From NCBI RefSeq assembly GCF_009914755.1, contig NC_060945.1: a DNA stretch of 64,000 nt; one strand, 5' to 3'. Positions 55,704 through 64,000 of this stretch are shown here, in pieces. This DNA comes from the human T2T-CHM13v2.0 reference genome, Homo sapiens. The first letter of the stretch is position 1, and the number at the start of each line of letters is the position of its first letter. The notes beneath the pieces were generated by a model. It ran no database searches, had not been told where the DNA came from, and saw only the letters and a list, made by a program, of their open reading frames with translations. The translations under genes were made by a program, and so were the position numbers.

Positions 55704-57570
55704 TAGATTAAAACAAAATGGCAGCCGTACCACACTATTTCAATAAAAGAACATTTTTCCCATTGTTTTTCATTAACATGCTGCCCTAAAAATTCTAGGG
55801 CAGTAATCAGTTTTCATTTTCATCTGTTTTATTTTTGCAGTACTGTTAGAGTTTAGATAAGTCAAGAGGAGGAATTTGGCTGCTGATAATTAGTATGTCC
55901 TTGGGCACAGGATGTAACATTCTAAAAAGCTAAGAATTCTGTTCCCAGTTCATAGCCTTTGGGGTATTTTGAAGAATATTTATTTCCATTTGGTTCAATG
56001 CTTTTATTTTACAGATGAAGAAACTGAGGTTCTGAGTGGTGATGTGATCAGAACAAGAATGAACCACTGGCAGTACCCACTCTTCTCCACCAAATCTTGC
56101 ACCCCAGGCTGTTCCAGGTCTTGCCACAAAGTGAAATTTGAAAACTGCATATGCATTTGGCAGGAAAATCACTCCTGGCCGAAAAAAAATCATCTCCTGG
56201 CTTGTTGAAAAGAACTCATATCTCATACAACGAGGGCATGAAGAATGTTCGCTGAACATAGGCTCAGAATAGGTACCAAAGGATGCTCTTCAGAGGACAT
56301 ACTAGAGCACAAGGTTACATGGATGCAAGAACATCTTAATAAGGGAACCCATTCCCTTGCAGACAATGTTTCAGGAAAAAAAGTTGAACTCATCCTGGTG
56401 TTTTCTATTACAGATGAGGCTGAGTGTAAACCAGAAGTTTCTAAATTGATTCACATTTAAGACAGGGTTATGTAATAATTTCAACTTTTTTCTTATATGA
56501 AAAGACTGGATTTAAAAATACATCATTAAAATATATCACATTTCAGAAGAAACTCAACTTTCAAGATAACATTTAACAGGAAAAATACTTCCATAAAACT
56601 TTCTTAACAATGCAACCGCTTTCTGAAAGTGCATTGCAAGACAGGACATTATCCTGATGATTACAGGTACTGAAAAGCAGCAGCTTCAGAAACACTTCGC
56701 AATTTGCATTTGCGGAAGATGCATACAAATTTATTCTTTTGATGAACTCTCTCTTTCCCAAGATATATTTGGATGAGGCAGTAGAACTGTAAGAGCACAG
56801 CTCTGTGCTCCGAGATCAGTATCAGAAAAGTGTACAATACTGCCTTTTAAAGCATTGCATATTTTTTTCCTTAACACTAAGTAACTATTTTTTTCTTTAA
56901 CTTTTATTAATACTCATGGGCAAGAATGGTAAGAATATAAAAGCCAACCAGGACAGAATGCAGATAAAATCAGAGGAAAAGGATGAAAGAAGCAAAGTTA
57001 AAGAAGAGGACCCAGGCAAAAATGAGTCCGGTAGCACACTCAGTGAATAGAAAGACAGTTAAGTCCAGTCTCAGGAGGTAAGACAGAAACTGCCAGAATA
57101 CACATGAACCCTCTTAGAGATTCATAGTACATAGATTTAACATGCTAAAATGACATACATTAAACATGTGCAAAATTAGGTTGTCCTACAATTTAGGGTT
57201 TCCACGCAACAAAGAATGTCAGAAGTCTAAAATCCGATTTGCTACATCCCCTTGTGCATGCAGAATGAGTGTTAGGGGTGAAGAGGAATAAAAGTGCACA
57301 TTTATTCATCCTCTATGGTCTCCTAGCCTTGGTAGGTTCCATTATTCGTATTCCTTCTCAAATTTCTCCCACACCAGCTCTTCCAGGGTGTTCACAGCTG
57401 GAGGAGGTAGAAAGTTCCGAGGCAGATGGCCATGTCACCTTGAGTAACCCTCAGGTGTTCTTCGTGATGGGAAGAACCATATTTGTAAGCAGAGTAAGAC
57501 ACTTTGCAGTTCTCAAGTTTTCCCTCAGCTGTTCTCAAGGATGACATGATCAAGAAACAGTAAGAGGCAA

Positions 57571-57688
57571 ATGGGAAGACTATGCAAACCTTAGTTCAGG
57601 AATTTCTACCCTGTACCCACTTCCACCCTATGGGAAGACTATGCAAACCTTAGTTCAGGAATTTCTACCCTGTACCCACTTCCACCCT
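57571..57688. repeat. Perfect 59-bp tandem duplication
   Basis: 57571-57629 is identical to 57630-57688, followed by ATG microhomology. Confidence 0.95.
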
Positions 57689-58437
57689 ATGCTCAGTAGC
57701 AGTAATGATTTTGACAACTGTCCCAAAGCATTCATTTCATGATGTCCTCTGCACTCTCAAAGACATTTGAGTCAGAAATAGAATTTACTACTTCGGGTCC
57801 TTATTCTAAATTCTTTGAATTCCCCTACTCACTAGCTTGTCAGCTGAATTTGCTAAAATGGCACTGTTACTGACCCCCCCAGAATCCAGGTCAAATTTAG
57901 CTAATATACTCTTACAGATTAGAAAACGAGCTTGATTCTGTTTTTCTTCTCATGTAAGGAAGTGGAATGTGTGAGTGTGTAGGTGGGGAGGTGGGGGCTG
58001 TCACTGATTTCTGAAATTGACTGAATGAAAATTATCACATCATTTTGATGTGTTAAATACCCTAAATCATTCTCCATGATCAGATAGTCTCTCAAAATTT
58101 AAGATGTCCTATGGTTTCTTTTAGATTTCTAAGGCTTAGGACCATGATTTTTCTTAATGAGGCAAAATGTTCAATGTGCAGAGCATCTCCAAAACTCCCC
58201 TTTCTGAAGGTTTTTCAGACATCTGACAGGTAACCCCTGGCTAACCCAGCTATCTACTGGACACAGGCAGCAAAGCCACATCAAATCAATGAATGCCAGA
58301 CACACTTGGATACACCTTCTAATGTATATAAAAATTGTAGATGATGTTTTTTATGAATAGTTTTTACTTTAATAGTTTCTATTTAATGGAATTTTCATTT
58401 TAATCCCTCTCTGAATGCACATGCATTGATACTAGTT

Positions 58438-58487
58438 AAAAGAAAAAGAAAGAAGGAAAGAAAGAAAGAAAGAAAGAAAAAAAGAAA
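58438..58487. repeat. (GAAA)n-rich microsatellite
   Basis: Direct reading. Confidence 0.9.
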
Positions 58488-58646
58488 GCCTGCTGCTCAG
58501 CATTGCTGGATTTAGAGGATTCTTAGGAAAGTAAGGCAAGTCTCCATGACAATATCCTGCCTTTGACACTGGTGAGGCCGACTCTGAAATAACTGTGTGA
58601 AGACGTTTCCTACCATGTGGAATACATTTCTCCCAGATGCACTTAC

Positions 58647-58700
58647 CAGGGTTGTGAAAAAGTAGTGATAGTACTCGGTCATCATGCCCATGAACAGAAT
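58647..58700 (-). CDS. GRIK1: GRIK1 coding exon (probably exon 5), 54 nt, ILFMGMMTEYYHYFFTTL
   Basis: Minus-strand pyrimidine tract ending ttttgcag|ATT and donor CTG|GTAAGT. The peptide matches the GluK1 amino-terminal domain. Phase 0/0. Confidence 0.96.
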
Positions 58701-58963
58701 CTGCAAAAGAGAAATAAGGGGAAAGAATCAGGAACAGAATTATAATAAGAATGGGATAATTTCTAGGGTGACTGCAAATGCTTGGAAACATAGAACAGGA
58801 AGGGACTTTGGAAATCCACAAACTCAGCAGATCAGAAACCTGAGGCCAATGAGTGGCTGGTGTGGAGCAAGCCAACTGACCTCCAGCCAACACTATTTCC
58901 ATTACACACTGCTTGACCTACATCGAAGTAATGGGTTTGATGATCAAATTTAAAAATAGTTTG

Positions 58964-59253
<290 letters not shown>

Positions 59254-59918
59254 AAAAATAGTTTGTACTAAACAAATTTTGTATTTGGAGTTGTCCATAA
59301 TGCACAGGGTTTTGTCTTTCCCACTGCCTAAGTGTCTGAGCCATCTCATACTTAGAAATATGTATTTCATTGATCTCCCTACTTACGACTTAGCATAATG
59401 CCACCCTCATTATGAGTAGAACTCATTAAATGTTGAATTGTCAATACTGGTATGTAGATATGTTTAAATGAAGGTTTATGAATGAGTATATCTCTGAAAC
59501 CTTTCTCTCTCCCCCTTTTCCATGAGAAGGGGAAGAGAGGATTCATTTACAGATAAAAGGATAGGGACTATTCTGACACCAATTTCACACTGTTTCTTCA
59601 TGCTGGTTCTCAAATAACTACTTGGGATCGTAATAGTTCCGGACATTCTGTGAGCGTGTATATTGTTTTTACTTCGTGGAAGAAGGAAAAAAGGAGGTGG
59701 ATAGGAAGGACAGGGGTTCTACGTTCATTGAACTGTGATCTTACTTTTGGAGTCCCGGAAATGGTGTCAACTGAGAAGAAGATGCAAATGGTTTGGAGAC
59801 AATTCTTTCTAAATATGAATAAGGATATTCCTTTCCTTGGGATAGATTACCAAAATAACTATTTGGGTGCTTTTTTTATTTTTATTTTTTTTGTCTTTGC
59901 ATAGAAATGAAGAGAGAA

Positions 59919-60190
59919 GGCCGGGTGCGGTGGCTCACGCCTGTAATCCAGCACTTTGGGAGGATGAGGCGGGCGGATCATGAGGTCAGGAGATAGAGAC
60001 CATCCTGGTTAACACGGTGAAACCCCGTCTCTACTAAAAATACACAAAATTAGCCAGGCGTGGTGGCGGGTGCCTGTAATCCCAGCTACTCAGGAGGCTG
60101 AGGCAGGAGAACGGCGTGAACCCGGGGGCGGAGCTTACAGTGAGCCAAGATCGCGCCACTGCACTCCAGCCTGGGGGCCAGAGCGAGACT

Positions 60191-60224
<34 letters not shown>
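59919..60224 (+). mobile_element. AluY-like element with a ~34-nt pure A tail
   Basis: ggcgtgaacccggg..gcggagctt diagnostic. Perfect 16-bp TSD agaaatgaagagagaa at 59903-59918 / 60225-60240. Confidence 0.93.
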
Positions 60225-60227
<3 letters not shown>

Positions 60228-62095
60228 AATGAAGAGAGAAGACTTAGAAATCACATTTCCAAGGTAGTTTTCCGCACAACTCTGGTCAATTCTGGATGCA
60301 AGTAAAAATTCCCTCTGGAAGTTTTTATATCAAAGACTCTTAGACACCATCACAGGGACATCCTGAATTGGGATTTCTGAGAGTGTAGCCTTGATTTCTG
60401 CATTTCACAGCTGTGTCTGAAAATCACTGCTCTATGGAAAACATGTACCTTTGCATTAAATAACAAAGACTTTCAGATCTTCAGTTGAAGAGATGGATTG
60501 AAAAGGTCTGGGGAAAGACATTGCAAGTTATCAGCGGTTCTGGAAGGTGCCTAAGATATGTGAACTAGAATGATTTTACGTGAAAGGGAATAAGAAATAA
60601 AGAGGGTATTAGATGACAGCACATAACTGCATGAACACCAGTCCTACACTTCTCAACAACGTCTCTACTAACACGAAAACCAGAGGAATATTTAGTGAAA
60701 TTGCAATGTCATGAACTTAAGACAAATGACAGGAAACTCCATGAATCATCAGCCCACAGGATATAAGTCACTCCTACGGTGACAACAAGACCAGGCACAC
60801 TAAAGGATGTTTTTTTTCAAGGGTAGACTTGCTTTAGTGCCATCAATAACATTTAAGGCCATGCATGGTGAGGTCTTGTTAGCTGTTCTCTTATATCATT
60901 CGAGCATAAAGAGCTGGCCTGCCAGGGTCAGTCAGAAATCCTATTTTTCACTTTGGTCATTAGATAGTGTAATTGCAGCCAAGATTACCTCTTGAAAGGG
61001 AACTGGGCAGGTTTCATGTGAGGATATAGGGCTGAATGCTAAGGTTTAAAATTTTGTTTCTGAAACTGAAAATAGAACACAAAGGCATTTGAGTTTATAG
61101 CTTTTCACTTGGGTAAAATTTTTCTTTTTAAATTTCATTATGGAGGCTTTGGATCCCCTGTTAAGAGATAAGCATTTTTTTAAACAACCATTTAACTGAT
61201 TATTTTTATTATTGTATTTTAAAATTCCTGGAGGTAAATATTCATTTGACATGCCTCTCAGCGTTAGGAAAGAGATATTAAAATGCAGCGAATAAACAGC
61301 CAACAGGACAGCTGTTATTGCAAAAAGAACCCTGGGGTCCTCCAGGTACACATTTTATTTGCTGTAGTAGAAAAATTCCCGTTCCTTTTCCTAGCTAATT
61401 GCTTGCATTAGTGCCTCCTGGTTCTTCCCTTGAATTTACTAGAAATGGAAATTAAGAAACGAGTCCAGTCATTGATCATTGGCCTGTCAACTTTGTGGAC
61501 ACTCACCCAGGTGAATGAAAAACATCTTGATAAGAACAACAAAGTCAACAGCACCAAAGGCGGTGCTTTTAAAGCAGTTGTTCTTGTGATGGTCTTTAAG
61601 CAGCTGAGACCAGTAGCCCTGTCGTCTAATTGTCGCATACTTTGTAAATAAAACGATTGCATTCCCATTTTGATTTTCTCTCTGCATGTTGGTATTTCAA
61701 CTAAAAGTCATTAAGGGATTAAGAAAATGTCACATCAAAATAAATGTCAGTTTTAAAAATAAAAAGTGTAATCACGATATAGGGAGTTTTCTAATAGTTC
61801 TTTGCAGAACTTACTTTTTCCTGAGAATGACTTTGAATTTTGATACAGTACTTGTCTGCCGAACTGACCAAATGGTGCTGACCTAGGCAGTATGTATACT
61901 TTATTAGGGCGGTATTGCTAGGAACCATCTCTGGCTTTACTTAATTGTCACAATTAATTTTTTTTTTTGGCAGAAAACACTTCATGTCACACACACTAAA
62001 ATGTAATAAAGGCAGATATCAATACTGTTCATATGGATAGCATATTCCTCCGAATTGCTTCCACTAATATGTTCTTCTAATAAGGCCCATTTCTT

Positions 62096-62397
62096 TTTTT
62101 TATTTTTATTTATTTTTGAAAGAGTCTCATTCTGTCGCCCCAGGCTATAGCGCACTGGTACAATCTCGGCTCCCTGCAACCTCTGCCTCCTGAGTTCAAG
62201 CGATTCTCTTGTCTCAGCCTCCTGAGTAGCTGGGATTACAGGCACGTACCGCCATGCCTGGCTAATTTTTATATTTTTAGTAGAGATGGGGTTTTACCAT
62301 GTTGGCCACGCTGGTTCAAACTCCTGACCTCAAGTGATCCTCCTGTCTTGGTCTCCCTAAGTGCTGGGATCACAGGCGTGAGCCACTGCACCTGGCC
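62096..62397 (-). mobile_element. Alu (AluSx/Sz-like)
   Basis: Full dimer. TSD aag(g/t)c(c/t)catttctt. Confidence 0.92.
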
Positions 62398-63514
62398 AAG
62401 TCTCATTTCTTAATGGAATTAATCTTGTTAAACAACTTTTGACATTATATCATTGACTTAGATTGACAGTTAAAAACAACCCAGCCCTTTTGTTAACATT
62501 ATGTATCTAAAATAGGCAGGGTGTGGAATATCTATTGATTTTGGAAGATTACTAGTGTGGACGTCATTAGTACTGTTTTTCCAGTTTTCCAACTCAAAGG
62601 GTACATACTAGGATTGCATTTCCTAGTCCCTTGGGCTTGGGTGGGGGTATGTGCTGGTTCTAGCCAATGAAGTGGAGGTGATTCTGACATATGTCACTCT
62701 CCAGAGATCTCAGTTCCCTAATATCACTAGCATTGTTATCAGTGCCAGAACAAGCTGTTCATTTTTGAATAAATACATTTTTCTGTTACATGAATACTGC
62801 AAGTCATGTAAATGATCTTGTTTACAACTTTGTTTTGATTGCTAGGAGGTTTAGGGTCAAAATTACGGGTCTTCCATTGGCAATTAGTCAGGAGCACAGG
62901 GCATACATTTTTCATGTGCTAATGTCATCCAGCTTTATGTTTTTGTTATCTAGTTTTCTCCTTTGTGCCAATTCCCCTCCCTTTTAAAAACATTTATTAG
63001 TTTGTTTCAAATATATTTTTCCAGGCAGCTCCAATTCTTTATAGAATAAAGATATTACAAATAAACAAATAATCATGATTGGGACAAGTCAAATAATTTT
63101 TCCCCATATAAACGAGTGGAATTCTTCAGATCTGATGTAGCTGAGTTGGGTTAGAGTAATGAAAAAAAGTTTCCAACAAAACAGTTTTCCCCCCCTACCT
63201 CTAATGATCACCATTGTTAGTTAATTCTAATCTACATTGTTACAGAATTAATTATAAGAACTCAAAAGACATCAATACCAAAAGACTTAAGCTCCTGCAT
63301 ACTTATGAAATTCCATTCCATCTAGATAACATAATCCTTAAATCAGCAGCGGGGGAGTGTCTTGTACCTATTGTAAATGCTTTCTCCGTATCATGCTACT
63401 GTACATGGAAATGCCACAAGACTATTCCATTGTTCCAGTAGCTAAAAAATAATTACTGCTTTATTTTATTTGCAGTAAATGGGTCATCAGAAGGCAGAAT
63501 AAAAACTCAATGCC

Positions 63515-63845
<331 letters not shown>

Positions 63846-64000
63846 CCCTCACTGCCAGCTGCCTCTTGAAAGGACAATTCTAAGGCCCTACTGTTAACTG
63901 TTATCAATATATCCTGGGACACAGTCATTGCTCATTGACAGCAGTGATCCCACATTGGTCCAGCTGCTTTCTGGAGTTTTTGCCACAGAACACTCATGAC

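Overview
This is primate genomic DNA, most likely human: AT-rich, CpG-poor and dense in Alu, L1, L2, MIR and LTR repeats. The whole window lies inside the kainate-receptor gene GRIK1 (GluK1/GluR5) on the minus strand. Five coding exons are present: 58647-58700, 54961-55134, 46690-46833, 2689-2796 and the 45-nt cassette exon 385-429. They are probably exons 5-9 (numbering from memory). They splice in frame to give the C-terminal part of the amino-terminal domain plus the 15-aa GluK1-1 insert. The 43.9-kb intron 2797-46689 starts with a non-canonical GC donor. The rest is intronic, with many datable insertions whose target-site duplications (TSDs) can be read. I found no convincing new protein-coding system. 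The best leads are the GC-AG giant intron with an open read-through frame, a candidate antisense transcript (exon 1429-1553 and an LTR+Alu composite poly(A) site near 34.6 kb), a triple-TSD tandem Alu insertion, an AT-rich templated-insertion scar, a perfect 59-bp duplication and an octamer/SOX-rich repeat-free block. Repeat subfamily names are assigned by eye, not by RepeatMasker.
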